A stretch of DNA of 64,000 bases from Octopus bimaculoides (lineage: Eukaryota): assembly GCF_001194135.2 (NCBI RefSeq), contig NC_068988.1, positions 2,746,771 to 2,810,770 on the forward strand, read 5' to 3'. The notes below the pieces were generated by a model. The model was not told the DNA's origin. It made no database searches and saw only the letters and a list, made by a program, of their open reading frames with translations. Of the stretch, positions 23,613 to 38,394 are shown one piece after another. Both the position numbers and the translations under genes were made by a program. Positions within the stretch are counted from its first letter, which is position 1; each line of letters opens with the position of its first letter.

Positions 23613-25218
23613 GTTACAATGATTAATCACTTAAATACTGTGGAAATTTTTTTTTGTCATATAATCAAGTCAATTATTTAAATTTTAATGATCAGAAACA
23701 GTCATCAATAAGTAAAGAACTTTATTGACATTGCTGGCATCACATAAAAAAATCACCTGTGCTGACGTGATGTGAAAAGCTTTCGTGCCAGCACCATGTA
23801 CAAAGCACCTGTGCCAATGCCACATGTAGAGCACCCATGCTGGCACCATGTAAGAACCATCCACGCCAGTGCCACATGAAAAGCATTGGTGCAGGTGCCA
23901 CATACAAAAGCACCCAGTTCCCTTTATAAAGTGGTTGGCATTAGGAAGGGCATTCAGCTGTAGAAACAATGCCAATACAGATGTCTGGAGCTTGGTGCAA
24001 CCCTCTGGCTGGGCAGCTCCTGTCAAACCAGCTGACCCATGCTAGCATTGAAAATGAATGTTAAATGATGAGGATGATGGCGATGAGACAAGAAGAGGAA
24101 GACTTGACTATTAATTCTGTTTACTCTCACAGGGGGAGGTACTGAATTCACAGCACATACCAATGTAAACCTCATATTTTATGACGTTGCTGTAGTAAGA
24201 TGTTTTCCCATGTCATAATTACTTGTAATATGATAAAGTGTTCCATTCACAGATACAACATTTTGTCAATGATACAAACCTCCAACTTTGTGCCTGGTTG
24301 TTTAATATCTTATTATCTCTTTAGTTCAAATGAGTGATTATATAATTTGTCTCTCTGAAGTTGGTATGTCTACACTATAACTGAACAAAGCTATAAAATG
24401 ACTGTTAGATAAAATTGGCAGTTCATATCCTGCCATTAGTACCGGTTGAATTCAACTAGCCATAAATTGCTATCACAGCATGACATGTTTTCTCATTGTA
24501 TACTGGTTTCAGAAAAATAAAATTAATGAGTGTTTTATTCCTCAAACTCCTTAATTGTTCACTAATTAAGGTAGTAAATGAAATATTTATAATATCCTCG
24601 ATAGATACCTTGCATCATGAAAAATAAATTAACTCAGCTTTCTCATAAGAGCAGGTAAAATTAAAATTCAACAAACTTGTATTGTATCAAAGAAAAGATT
24701 GGCCACCTACTTAACAGAAGATTAACTCTATCTGATGAGTTCCATCTTTTCTATTAATTAATACATGCTTTGTGGATTAAGTCACTGCAAAAAACTTAAT
24801 TGGTTTTGTAGATTCTGTGGAGTGGTTTAATAATTAAGGTATGAAATACAATATTTACAAAACTACATGCATTTATTAACACCTGTACACATCTAAATGT
24901 GTGGTTTAATACTTTTCAAATCCAAATCTTTGAAAATTTTCACTTCTCTCATGTGAAAATTTTCAAATCTGTAAAAATATACATATTAAAGAAGTTGCAT
25001 TAATACTTCATCGATCATGTAAAGTTTGTGTAAAAGTTCTAACACAAAAAGTTTCCAATGAATTATGGAGAAAATTACTTTCTAACAAGCAAGCAGGATA
25101 TAGCCTTAAGTTTAGGGCCACCTAAGTAATTGTTAATTGAAAATAATGGTGATTGTTATCTAATGGAGGAATACGGAAGTAAGCTTCAGTCTATTTACAA
25201 TAACTCACACTTTCCTAG

Positions 25219-25299
25219 CAGCCATATTTTCTGATTACACAAAACCAGCAGAAAATATGTATCTCGCCAATTTACAAGACATATTTGACATCTTTGCTT
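25219..25299 (+). CDS. Candidate exon (AIFSDYTKPAENMYLANLQDIFDIFA)
   Basis: Acceptor cacactttcctAG (NAGNAG) and donor CTT|gtgagt; 81 nt, symmetric phase 1. Confidence 0.35.
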
Positions 25300-27312
25300 G
25301 TGAGTTCCTATCAAGGAACTGGGTAGGTGGTAGTTTTCGATCAAATTCCTGTTTGGATAGGAAATTTGTAATAATTTGTTAAGAGATCCAAAGCTGAACA
25401 ATTTGTGATATTCCCTTCAGCTGTTCACAGAGAAGAGACATTGTGGCTTAGTCTTTATTGATTGATGTTTGATATTATGTAACCTATATTTAGGTTGTAC
25501 ATTAGATATGATTTTCAAGTTCTGTGCAAGTAGAAAGTGAATAAGAGTCTTCATAGCTGAGAGAACAAATACCACATATCAAAATAAAAAGTGGAATACT
25601 TGAAGGTATGACCTCTTGGTTGGGCACAGGACCAGTCATGGAAGCAGTACCGTAACATCCCCAACAATATACTGCTGTTACCAATTTTATTTATTCCTGA
25701 GAAATGTAAAACATAAATTGATCACTGCGTGACTCGAACTTGAAAGCAAATGTTTAAAAAGTTTGTAATTTATAAACTGGCGACCATCTTACTTTCAGAT
25801 GAAATAAAGATAAATGAATTAACCAGCAGACAATTAATAATAAATAAATTTTTTGAAAAAATGATAGTGCTTGGGAAAATAAAATGCGATAGTATACATT
25901 ATTGTCTTCAGAAAAAAAAAAATGATAAACTAACTTAATAAATATACACGTAAATAAATTTATAATAATAACAATAATAAATTGCACAATTGTAATATTT
26001 ATATTTCTGAAGATGTCTAAAACATGAACCAAGAAAAAAAAAACCTGAAGGATATTTTAACAAATATAATATTATAGATAAAATGTCTGGTTGAATCTAT
26101 TTTCCTTTTCTTTTTTTTTTTACTGTTTCAGTAAAATATTCGAAATAGATTTTTCAGATGTATTGTTGTTGAATGGTTGTGGGTAGACTAAAGAAGAGAC
26201 ACAAACACATTAAGTTTAGAAATTATTGCAATAACACTCACACGATTGCTTCTATAAGTAGAGGTCACATTTGTAAAGTCCATTTTGACGCTTAATTTTC
26301 GATTCACTAGTTTGTTAGTAACAGACATCTGTGTCAACATCATCATCATCACCATTGTCAACGTCATCGTCGTTGTTGTTGCCAAAGAATATGCACATAT
26401 GGTGCTGGATGACAGTGAATAACAGGTTTAACACAGGAGGGACAGTTGGAGGACAAACCATCACATGCAGTTTTGTAATCAATGTAGATCGCATTATATT
26501 ATCGTGTGAAGGTGGAGACTGGAGCCATTTCTCATAATCGGTTTCAAACATACAGAACTGGAAACTTCCTTGTAAGTTAACATGGTATCTGTCGCAGAAT
26601 GAACCACTTTCAGCTGAGTGAACTGGAAAAATAGGAAATGCAGTGTTTTGTCCAAGAATGCAGTGTACTGACCGATCTTGGAATCAAGGTCACAATCTTG
26701 CAATAATGAGCGCAACACCCTAACTACTTGGCCACACATCTGTGTAATATTGGTGAAAGGCAATGCACCACTGACCATTCTGTCGTTGATTCAGGAAGTA
26801 TGCACATGGTCAGATGATAATTAAAATGACCATTCTAGTAATTATCATAGAGTTAATTCTGAAATTCTAAAATGTCTTATTTCCAAAGATCTAAGCAAAA
26901 ATGTCCATATTTTCATAACAAGTACCATTGATGTTGGCATGGCTGTGTGGTTAAGACAGTTGTTTTGCAACCTTGTAGATCTGGGTTTGATTCCACTGCA
27001 TGATGCCTTGAGAAAATGGTCTTCTGTCATTGTCTCAGATTGATCAGCACTTGTGAGTAGAGTCAGGTGAATGGAAGCAATATGGAAGGCCATTGCATAT
27101 GTGCATGTGTGTATGTATGTATGTATGTATGTATGCATGCATGAATGTATAGTTGGATAGATGGCTGGATGGATGGATGGATATATGTTGTTTTAATTTA
27201 GAGTTAATACTGTGGTCCACCTGCTCAGTTGCAAGGTTGCAAAGGAAAGTATCTTGTTTTGCTCATCGTACTTTAAATCTTAAGAAAGTCTTGCAGACCT
27301 TTGTTGTTCCAG

Positions 27313-27386
27313 GTATCATGATCATAAGTCATAATGGTCTATACTCAAGAACCCAAGTTCAGCCAAACTTTGCTCCAGACAGGTCG
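27313..27386 (+). CDS. Candidate exon (IMIISHNGLYSRTQVQPNFAPDRS)
   Basis: Acceptor gacctttgttgttccAG and donor TCG|gtatgt; phase 1 to 0; joins 25219-25299 in frame. Confidence 0.35.
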
Positions 27387-27635
27387 GTATGTGTCCAGTT
27401 GCTCCAATAATAATAGGTATGAGGGTATCTTGGGTACTGCATTTGCAAACTCCTTGTGAATGGTCCATAGCCATTTTCCTTTCTTCTGTGTGTTTCTAGC
27501 CACATTGGTGTCCAAAAAAGCAACTGATTTCCACAAGAGAGAGAAAGCACACCATTTTCTTTTTGTCCCATACAACATTTTTTGGCTGTTTTTGTTTTAA
27601 GTTGGAGGCTGTTTTAAGTTCCACCAATATGTATG

Positions 27636-27669
<34 letters not shown>

Positions 27670-28059
27670 TGTATGTATGTATGTGTATGTGTGTGTGTGC
27701 GTGTGCGTGTGGTGTAGGTGTGGGTTGTGGGGGGTTGTATGTATCTGTGTTTGTGTATTTCTGTATGTATATCATCATCATCATCGTTTAACGTCTGTTT
27801 TCCATGCTGGCATGGGTTGGACAGTTCGACCGGGGTCTGGGAAGCCAGGAGGCTGCACCAGGCCCCAATCTCATCTAACAGTGTTTCTACAGCTGGATGC
27901 CCTTCCTAACACCAACCACTCCGAGAGTGTAGTGGGTGCTTTTTACATGCCACCAACACAGGAGACAGAGGATCTGGCATCGACCACGATTGGATGGTGC
28001 TTTTTTATGTGCCACCGGCATGGAAGCTAGTCAAGGTGGCACTTATATATATATATATC

Positions 28060-28119
<60 letters not shown>

Positions 28120-28642
28120 TGTACGTGTGTATGTTTGTGTGTATGTATGTATATCCTGTGTATTTGTTTGTTGTGTATCTTTTATGTGTTTACTGAAACA
28201 CTGCTGTTCATGTTTATATTATGAAGCTTATCAATTCATAAGATTGAAGATCAATAACGATATGCATCTGGGGTTGATAAGATTGAAATAAACCCTTCAA
28301 GGTTGTGCTCCAGTATGACCAAAGTCCAATAACGGAAGGTAATAAAAGAATGAAAAAAATAATTATTGATTAAATGGATAATTTTGTATTTTCATTTTAA
28401 ATATATCTTTCTTTGCAGAGGTTTTCCTAATAAATTGTTGCATAAAAATAATATCTTCATTAATCTTATTTTTTAATATCTTTTAATTTTCTATTATTTT
28501 TTTTAAATATCCAATATCATTGTTCCATCCAATTATTGTTCTCACTGCACTGTATCATATTATAACCTAATATATCATTGCTGTTGAAACAGATATGAAA
28601 AAAACACAGGATAAATAGTGTTATCAATATTGAAAGGCTGTG

Positions 28643-31128
28643 GAAGGCAGCGAGCTGGCAGAATCATTAGCATGCCGGGTGAAATGCTTAGCGGTATTTT
28701 GTCTGTCTTTATGTTCTGAGTTCAAATTCCACCAAGGTCGACTTTTACTTTCATCCTTTCGGGGATTGATAAATTAAGTACCAGTGGTATACTGGGGTTG
28801 ATCTAATCGACTGGCTCCTCCCACAAAATTCCAGGCCTTGTGCCTAGAGTAGAAAAGATCATTTAAAGGCTGGTAAGCTGGCCGAGTCGTTAGCACACTG
28901 GGTGAAATGCTTCACGATATTTTGTCTGTCTTCATGTTCTAAGTTCAAATTCTGCCATGGTTGACTTTGCTTTTCATCCTTTTGGGGTCGATAAATTAAG
29001 TACCAGTTGCATACTGGGGTCTATTCAATCGACTGCCCCCCCCTCCTCCCCAAAAATTTCGGGCCTTGTGCTTAGAGTAGAAAAGAATATTGTTAAGGCT
29101 GTAGAAGGCAGTGAGCTGGCAGAAGCATTATCATACTGGGCAAAATGGTTAGCGTCATTTCATCTGTCTTTATGTACTGAGTTCAAATTCCACGAAGGTC
29201 AACTTTGTCTTTCATCCTTTTGAGGGTCGATAAAATAAGTACCAGTTATGTACTGGGGTCAATGTTATTGGCTTGCTTCCTCCCCTAAACCTGCTGGCCT
29301 TGTACCAAAATTTGAAACCATCATTGTAAGGCTGTGGATTGGCAAAAACAATAGAGGAATGAACAAAATGGTTTTTGGTTAGTTATTTACATTCCAAGAT
29401 CAAACCCTGTTTCAGTCATCTTCCCTTTTCATCCCTCTAGGAGTGACAGAAGAAATTTCCAATCAAATACTAGGCTTGATTACTTTGACAATACCTAGAA
29501 CCAAGAATTAAGGCTTTAGGTCCCAAATTTAAAAATCAGTTATATCATGGTACTGAAATGGTAATGCCTGGCACTAAATTGCTCAGATTATTTAATATCA
29601 ACATGGAGATATGACATTGCATTGTTGACAATTACAGGGTTCAAATTGATCCGATCAATGGAACAGCCTGCTTGTGAAGTTAACATGCAGTTGGCTGAAC
29701 AGTCCACAGACAATCATATTCTTAATGCAGTTCTTAGGGAGACTCAGCATGACACAGAATGTGACAAGGCTGGCCCCTTTGAATTACAGGTACAACTCAT
29801 TTTTGCCAGATGAGTGGACTGGAGCAACGTGAAATAAAGTGTCTTGCTCAAGGACACAATGAGCTGCCAGGAATTGAACTCACAACCTGACATCTGTCAG
29901 CTGAATACACTTACCACTAAGCCACGTGCCTTCACATGGAGGTAGAGTGGAAGAATCAGTGTTGTGTTAGACAAAATACTCAACATCATCCAATTATGAC
30001 ACTAATTCTCTGAATTTTACCAAGGTGGACTTTGTCTATCCTCATTCCAGGTTATTTAAAGTAAAGAACCAGTCAAGCACTGCAATCAACATAACTGCCT
30101 TTATGTCTTTCTGCTATGGATAGCAAGATGGCACAATTGCCAGCATCCCAGGCAATTTCATCCATCCTTACTTTCTGAGTTCAAATTCTACCATGGTTGA
30201 CTTTGCTTTCGGGGTCGATAAAATTCGTGCCAAATGAACACTGGTGGTGGTGGGAGGCCAATGTAATCAACTTAACTCCGTTCCTTAAATTGCTGGGCTT
30301 GTGCCAAAATTTGGAACTAATTTTCTATTATGGCTTCACCAAATTGTTGGTCTTGTGCCTATGTTACTATTTACTATCGACTTCCTCTGTTCAGAGTTCA
30401 GATCTAAATTGGAATATTAAGGCATCAAAGGATTTTCCAGTGGGATAATCATTATTGAAATCCATTCTTCAATCTTACCATTTCCCACATTGTTACTCTC
30501 TATCACCCCCCCCTTCTCCCGATCACTCTGTTTCTATGATCTCACTCCTGTTCCTTTTACTCACTCATCCTCATTCTTCTGTCATCACTCTCTCTACTAC
30601 TCACATCCATGATCATATTGCCTTGAGTGAAGTGAGGACTCATCAGTTTATGGAGTAGAAAACAGCTTCACTCATGCTGGTGCCATGATAAAATATACCC
30701 AATACAATCGGCAAAGGGGTTGGTCATAATGAAATGCCCCGACACACCTTGTAAAGAGGTTATTTGCTAGGAAGAACACACAGCTAGAGAAACCAAGTCT
30801 AAGATGAATAAGATATATTCTAATCCCATCAATCTTATAATTATTATTGCGTTGTCACTGTTATTATGATGATAATTTCAAACTGAATTATTTAGTGTTA
30901 TTGATGTTATAGATGCTAAAGGCAGTGAGCAGCTTGGATTATTAACACACCAAGCAAAATGCTTAGTGGCATTTCTTCCATCCTTACATTTTCATTTCAA
31001 ATTCCACCGAGGTCAACCCTCATCCTTTCAGGGCTGATAAAATGAGTACCAGTTACGTACTGGTGTCAATGTAATCGACTTACCCCTCCCCCAATCTTGC
31101 TGACCTTGTGCCAAAACTTGAAATCATT
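28643..31128 (+). mobile_element. Cluster of about 7 same-orientation family B SINE copies, with one family C copy inserted
   Basis: aggcagcgagctggcaga...gagttcaaattcc...ggggtcgataaattaagtaccag units at about 28643, 28866, 29103, 29330 (diverged), 29940 (partial), 30125 and 30918. Other copies at 40858(-), 41085(-), 41285(+), 44530(-), 61880(+). Confidence 0.85.
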
Positions 31129-31140
31129 ATTATTATTATT

Positions 31141-31789
31141 GTTCCTTCGTAACACAGTGTAGGTAAAAATGCACAGGAGTCTTTAGTCATCTGTCAAGTC
31201 ACAACAAGGACTTCAGACAGATAATAGTTTCCTTAAGATGTGTGATGTGCCCAATAAAACTGCTTTTTACAAGACATCAATCTTACATGGGATTTCCAGT
31301 TGCCTTAAGAAGTCTTGAAGTTTCAATGGGATTGAGCCCAACACTCCGGTCACCACTGGTATCACTTTTACATTACCCTCTCGCATTCCATACAGTCTTG
31401 CCATTTCCACTTTCAATTCGGAGTACTTGGCGATTTTTTCAACCTCTTTACTCATAACATTCATGTCATTTGCTATATCTAAATCAATGATCTGACAGTA
31501 TTTGTCTCTCTTATTCAATATGACAATATCCGGACGACGGTGTTCAATTACACAATCCACTTGAAAATCCTAGTCCCAGACTATCGTTATTTTTCCATCC
31601 TCCTGCATAACTTTACTTGGAACATACTCATACCAGTTCTCTGTTACTTCATATTGGTATTTACGGCATAAGAGCCAATGAAGATACACACACACTTTAT
31701 CGTGGCGGCACTTGTATTCTTTTTTGTAAGGCTCTCACTTCCACTTCCCAAGTGAGTCACATTTTCCACACTCTTTCCACAGAGTCTGC

Positions 31790-31790
<1 letters not shown>
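31141..31790 (-). mobile_element. R4/Dong-like non-LTR retrotransposon 3' relic (CCHC-type knuckle + restriction-like endonuclease)
   Basis: CRLCGKSVENVTHL..., EYKCRHDKV..., IEHRRPDIVILNKRDKYCQIIDL...EKIAKYSELK (RHD and PD..D..K motifs); one frameshift and one stop; (AAT)n on both sides. Confidence 0.9.
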
Positions 31791-31832
<42 letters not shown>

Positions 31833-32557
31833 GTTAAAGTGAGGAAGCTAGTAAACGTATTCCAGTTCTCCATAATGGACTAACATGAGGTTGAGAGGCA
31901 GAAGTTCCTCTGAGCTGAAGAATTTCATTGGTTCTTAAGAGAGTGGCTAGTCTTTGGGATGCAGTGATTGCTTTGTTATCTATGCTGCATCAGCAGAAAG
32001 AACCATCAGAAAATGTTAGGTGTTGCTTTTGTTTCTGATTTCAGAAATTGAAGTCCAAAACTATGCTTCTGTTCTGCTGAAAGAGTCTGTATTCACAAAA
32101 CACCAATGGAAAATGGCTTTGATGAATGACCTCTGGTGTAGTTCTTTTAAGAATAACGGAAGGGACAATACGAAATTCAACTGAATTTACAAGGAGTGCT
32201 TAATACTTTTGGGTTGTAAGTATATGCTGTGATGAGACAGTGTGTTGGAGCAGCAATACTTGTGAGAAAAAAAAAAAACCTGATAAACATATAGAAATTA
32301 TTTTTAGTTCAGTTACAAAGATAATAACATACTAACACAATATGAAATTTAAAACTTCAGTTTAGCAAAGTGTATATTTGTTTAAACCAAACATATTTTT
32401 GCTTCCAGAAAAATGTGAAAAATATATCAACGTAAGGATCCTTTATTTAGCTTTCTAGCAGTAATTGCTTAATGAGATTTATCATGCATCTCCAAAAATG
32501 TAAAGTCAAGACCTTGTACATGTCACTTATGTGTTTGTTAGACAACAACACTCTACG

Positions 32558-32756
32558 TTTTATATTTAAGAGATGAGGAATTATGTACATTATTTACATT
32601 ATTTACATTGATGGATATTTGTCCTCATCTTGTTTGTTGTTAAGACAACGTTTCGACTGATATACCCTCCAGCCTTCATCAGGTGTCTTGAGGAAATTTC
32701 AAACCTGGGTTCTCATTCCTAAGGTATTTTTCCATGTTATTATCATCATCATCATC

Positions 32757-32813
<57 letters not shown>

Positions 32814-32881
32814 ATCATTGTGTAGTGGTTAAGAGTGCGGGCTACTAACCCCAAGATTCCAAGTTCAATTCCAGGCAGTGA

Positions 32882-32912
<31 letters not shown>

Positions 32913-32957
32913 GATAATAATAATAATAATAATGATAATAATAATAATAATAATAAT
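32558..32957. mobile_element. tRNA-headed hammerhead-bearing element, head-to-head pair (- arm 32558-32820, + head 32821-32957)
   Basis: The - arm matches 35590-35872 and the reverse complement of 35936-36300; the + arm is the tRNA-like head followed by (AAT)n. Confidence 0.85.
32642..32687 (-). ncRNA. Minimal type I hammerhead ribozyme motif
   Basis: Reverse complement reads GACAC CUGAUGA A GGCUG gagggtatat CAGUC GAAAC GUU GUCUU: core intact, helix II 5 bp with one G-U, helix I with one mismatch. Confidence 0.65.
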
Positions 32958-33009
32958 GGAATGCTCCATTAAGGAATTCTCTGTGACCCAAGCAATCATA
33001 GATGTAAAG

Positions 33010-33378
33010 ACAATGATGACGACGACACGGACAATGAAGATGATGAGAATGATTGAGATGGTGATGGTGATGATGATGACGATGACAAAAATGATGTTGG
33101 TACCGACAATGCTGCTGATGATGATGATGACGATGACAATGTTGATGACAACGAAAATGATGATGATGATGGGGTCAATGACAATGACGATGATGATGAC
33201 AGTGATGGCGATGACAACAACGATGATGACAATGACAACGATGATGATGATTATGTTGAAGCTGATGATGATGATAATAATGATGATAACGATGATGATG
33301 ACGATGATGATGATGATGATGACGACGATGACAGTAATGACAATGACAACAACAAGAACAACAAAGATGAAGATGATA
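33010..33378. repeat. Degenerate (GAT/GAC)n trinucleotide tract
   Basis: Visible directly; source of the poly-Met ORF 32911-33471. Confidence 0.95.
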
Positions 33379-33394
33379 CTGTGTGGGTGTATTA

Positions 33395-33676
33395 GTATCT
33401 TATTTACTAAATTTACACTGGACAGATGTGTGTCCTCATCTTGTTTCTTGTTACCACAATGTTTCAGCTAATCTACTCTCCAGCCTTCATTGGCCTGGTA
33501 GAATTTTGAACCCAACCCTGGATTCTCATTCCTAAGGTATATTTTTGTTGATGTTATTCTTCTTCTTCTTCTTCTTCTTCTACTTCTTCTTATTATTTAT
33601 TCAAGACACTGCCTGGGATCGAACTTGGAATCTTGGGGTTAGTAGTCCATGCTCTTAACCATTATGCTATATGCCC
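33395..33676 (-). mobile_element. Older full-length copy of the tRNA-headed hammerhead element
   Basis: Head 33676-33602 reads GGGCATATAGCATAATGG (A-box-like) ...GTTCGATCC (B box); hammerhead core decayed to CCAAUGA...GAAACAUU. Confidence 0.8.
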
Positions 33677-34052
33677 GTGAGCATATATTAGTATCTTGTT
33701 AAAAACTATGAAGGTGACACCAATGTACAAAATAACATACACTCGCATGCACTAAGAGGTCCTTTTCCTCATGGCTAAGAGCAGTTGATGGTGATTTCAG
33801 AGTTCTATGAACTCTCATATAAACCGCAGAAAGTACAAAACTGCAGCTTATTAGTTGCACCATGCTGCTTAGAACCTGATGCACAGATCTCACACACTTC
33901 CTTCAGCAAAACTGCAAAACTATATTTAGTGATGAAATACTAGAATGCTTTGCTATACCAAATTTACATACAACTCAGGCACAGAAACACACATGCACAC
34001 ACACACATACACAAATATGCACACACACACACACACATACACATACACAAAT

Positions 34053-34095
<43 letters not shown>

Positions 34096-35298
34096 TACTC
34101 ATACACACGTACAACACACACCTACAATACACACATATGCACACACACACCCATACTCACACACATTAACATACACACATACAACACACACTTACATAGA
34201 CATGCACACACACATACATACATACATACACGCACACATTATCTCCTTAAACATGGTTTGAACTTTTACAATAATTCTACGGAATTCGTTTTTTAGCAAA
34301 ATAATTTGTGAATGTTGAAGTGAAAATTCTATTTAGCTTCAATGATTTTGCCTTTCAAAAACATATTTAATCAACATTATGGAAAATATAAGCAATCTTT
34401 TCTTTTATTTTATATTAGTTAAATTGATTCAAGATCTTCAGAGTCTTGAAGTGGGTGCAATCAAATTAAAGATTAGAACAAGAAGGTTATAATATGATAA
34501 TCCAACTTAATGACTCATTAACTATTACTTCAGTAAATATAGAGATTAAAATATTACTAATTGACTTGATGTTTTCATGTTTTTAATTAAATTTTTGATT
34601 CTCTGTATTGAATGAACATTCATCCTTACTTAACTGTCACTTTTCAATGCAGATGGAAGCTCTGAGTAAATAACTTCAGCAATTTGCTTTTCCAAATATG
34701 CACACTGTCCAAGACTACTTAGATTATGATAATTATCATCCAGCTTTGTGATACCCAATCAATAGTTAATAATGGCAAAATCTATGATTTGCTGAGGAGG
34801 TTTAATAACATGCAAATATGTACAGAATTGTCTCCCGTACTTCTACAATGGATTAGATTAATATTAATCATTCAGATAATGCTGTACTTCACCATTATAT
34901 TAATATTATTAATTAGATTCAATTGCTGATGTTCTCAGTTAGAAATGTCTATGTTTCATAACAGACTGTACTTGCAACAGCAGTCAGAATGGATTCTGAT
35001 TGGTTTGGAAATCACATCATCATCATCATCATCATCATCATCGTCGTCGTTTAACGTCCGCTTTCCATGCTAGCATGGGTTAGATGATTTGACTGAGGAC
35101 TGGTGGACCAGGAGGTGACACCAGGCTCCAATCTGATTTGGCCGAGTTTCTACAGCTGGATGCCCTTCCTAACACCAACAACTCCAAGAGTGTAGTGGGT
35201 GTTTTACGTGCCACCGGCACGAGGGCCAGTCAGGCAGTACTGTTTCAAAAATAATAAGTAGGCATATGACAGAAGAGATAATAATAATAATAATAAGT

Positions 35299-35500
35299 TG
35301 GAAAACATAGGTGGGACTGGCTGAGGAAAGGAACACTAAAAAAAAGAGATTGAGAGCACCATACTGGTAGTGCAAGACAAAGCTTTGGCCATGAATTGGG
35401 GGGGGGTCAACTTTAGGAATGAGTAAGTGCCTCCATTGTGCCACATCTGAAATAGATTGAATGAAACCATTGCTCAAATCACGAATGTAGACATGTCCTA
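35299..35500 (+). mobile_element. R4/Dong-like LINE fragment (post-RT region)
   Basis: WDWLRKGTLKKEIESTILVVQDKALAMN resembles the WL.KG.LKKETE..I.AAQDQAL.TN motif; preceded by (AAT)n. Confidence 0.7.
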
Positions 35501-35589
35501 ATCCACTACAAGAGGTGGTGACATGATAAGATAGCGAAAGTGCTACGTTGGAAACTGCGTGACCAGACTAATCAGGAAAGCATTAAATA

Positions 35590-36300
<711 letters not shown>

Positions 36301-37554
36301 GTATTAAATAGTTGAAAAGAACAAACAGCATGGTACCATAGGCTGCAGGTAGCAAGCCCACTACGTATGCAAGACTGCAGGAGTTCCAACAAAACCTGTG
36401 ATAAAAAGTAAGAATAATAATAATAACCATAAGAGAAATTTCCTGTTCCCCACCCCATCTGTGCTGGTGCTATGCAAAAGCACCCAAGGCAGGGCCATAT
36501 AAAAGTGACCAGTACAGTGTGTGATTGGTGTTAGGAAGGACATCAAGCCATAGAAACCATGCTACAACAGACAAATAGGACCCAGACAGCTCACCAGCTA
36601 GCCAGCTCCTATCAAACTGTCCAACCCATGCCAGCATGGAAAACAAACGTTAAATGATGAGGATGATGTTTAGCAGGAGACATCTGTGTGGTTCCTATCT
36701 GCCAAATATCAAATGTTGTTCACAAGATATTGGATAACTCTTTGCCACAGTAAAAGACACTTGCTGAAGACGCTGACGATGAAAAAAATATGTAAAAGAC
36801 AAAAAAATGGAATTATTTTCCAAATATTTTGACATACCAAGCATTGTTGAAGAATTTGTTTAGGGGGGCTTTATGGGATTAATGTATTAAACTGTTTTTG
36901 GGTGGAAATAATTAATATGATCCCTTTATACTTTGTATTGGATTTCCTGATTTATCTTGTAAAAATTTCCCCTAATCCTCCAGATTACATGGAATCATTT
37001 ATTACCATTTTATCTCAAGAATGCCAGACAAAGGTAAACAGAAAATTAATAACTTTGGTGAGGAGCAGAGACTTTAGTTGAGATTTTAGCTGCATGAAAG
37101 TGTGTGTATGGGTGCGGGTGTGTGTGTGTGTGTGTGTGTAAGAGAGAAATAGACAGAGAGGAGAAGAGGGATAAAGGGCAGAAGAGGTAGAGAGATGAAG
37201 AAAAGGAGAGACAGAGAGAGAGAGGGGAAAGAGAGGGCGAGAGAATATGTGTGTGTTCGTTTTGTTTTTCATAGATATTTGTTGTTTTTCTTGTAATTTT
37301 TGTTTTCTTTTTCATAATTTGTTGTCTTTTCACACAAATATTAATTACTTCATCTGTAACAAACGACGAAAGAGTGATCAGAGCTCATTTGTGTAGTTTT
37401 GGTTTTAATGCAAAAACATTGTAACAAGATAGCTTTCGTCAAGGAATCCTTTCAAGAAGAACTAATGAAAACATCAAATGATATCAATTGCATAATTACT
37501 CAAGAGGTGGCAGCACACTGATGCCGGAGACGATATTGCTTCAAGGGTTACCAT

Positions 37555-37642
37555 TACTATCATCATCAGCATCAGCAGCATCATTAATCATCATCATTGC
37601 CATCATAACCACAATCATCATCATTGTTCTCATTGTTGCCAT

Positions 37643-37683
<41 letters not shown>

Positions 37684-37807
37684 GCAGCCTCATCATCGTC
37701 GTAATCATCATCATCATCATATCATCATCATCATCATTATCATAATCATCATCATTATCACCATCATCACCGTCGTCATCATCATCATCATCATCATCAT
37801 CATCAAT

Positions 37808-37841
<34 letters not shown>

Positions 37842-38020
37842 CCATCATCATCCTCATCACTATCATCGTTGTTGTCGTCGTCATCGTCATCATCATCATC
37901 ATCATCACTATTACCATTATCATCGTCGTCATCGTCATCATCATCATCATCAACACTATTACCATCATAATTGTCATCATCATCATCATCATATTAATTA
38001 CCTTTATCAACATCAACGAT
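37555..38020. repeat. Degenerate (CAT/CGT/CAG)n tract
   Basis: Visible directly. Confidence 0.95.
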
Positions 38021-38112
38021 ACCAACATTGCTATCCGTGTCTTCAGAATCAACAAATTCTAAAATAATTTTGTGCGTGTATGATCATATGTGCGTATATG
38101 TGTGTGTGTTTC

Positions 38113-38156
<44 letters not shown>

Positions 38157-38206
38157 TATCTCCGCGTGTACGTGTGTGCTTGGGTATGTGGATTGTGTGT
38201 GTATGT

Positions 38207-38240
<34 letters not shown>

Positions 38241-38394
38241 ATGTGTTACCATAACTTGGGTAAAGTTGGTAATTCCAATATAATAATTCAGGTCTTTCTT
38301 AATTGTCCGTTCTTCCTCACACCAAGACATCTCAACGAAAATGACACGTATGCAAATGAATAACAGAGATTTGATAAAACATGAAATATAAAGC

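Noticed and set aside
26331-26537. ORF with CEGGDWS resembling a Sushi/CCP domain
   Set aside because: Cysteine spacing does not fit, it starts in a (CAT) repeat and it has no convincing splice sites.
32821-32885. tRNA-like sequences here and at 33602-33676 and 22375-22445 as true tRNA genes
   Set aside because: Stems are imperfect and each is fused to a repeated body; they are SINE heads.
32911-33471. 186-aa Met-rich ORF (similar low-complexity ORFs at 37717, 38049 and 56748)
   Set aside because: Translation of trinucleotide microsatellites.
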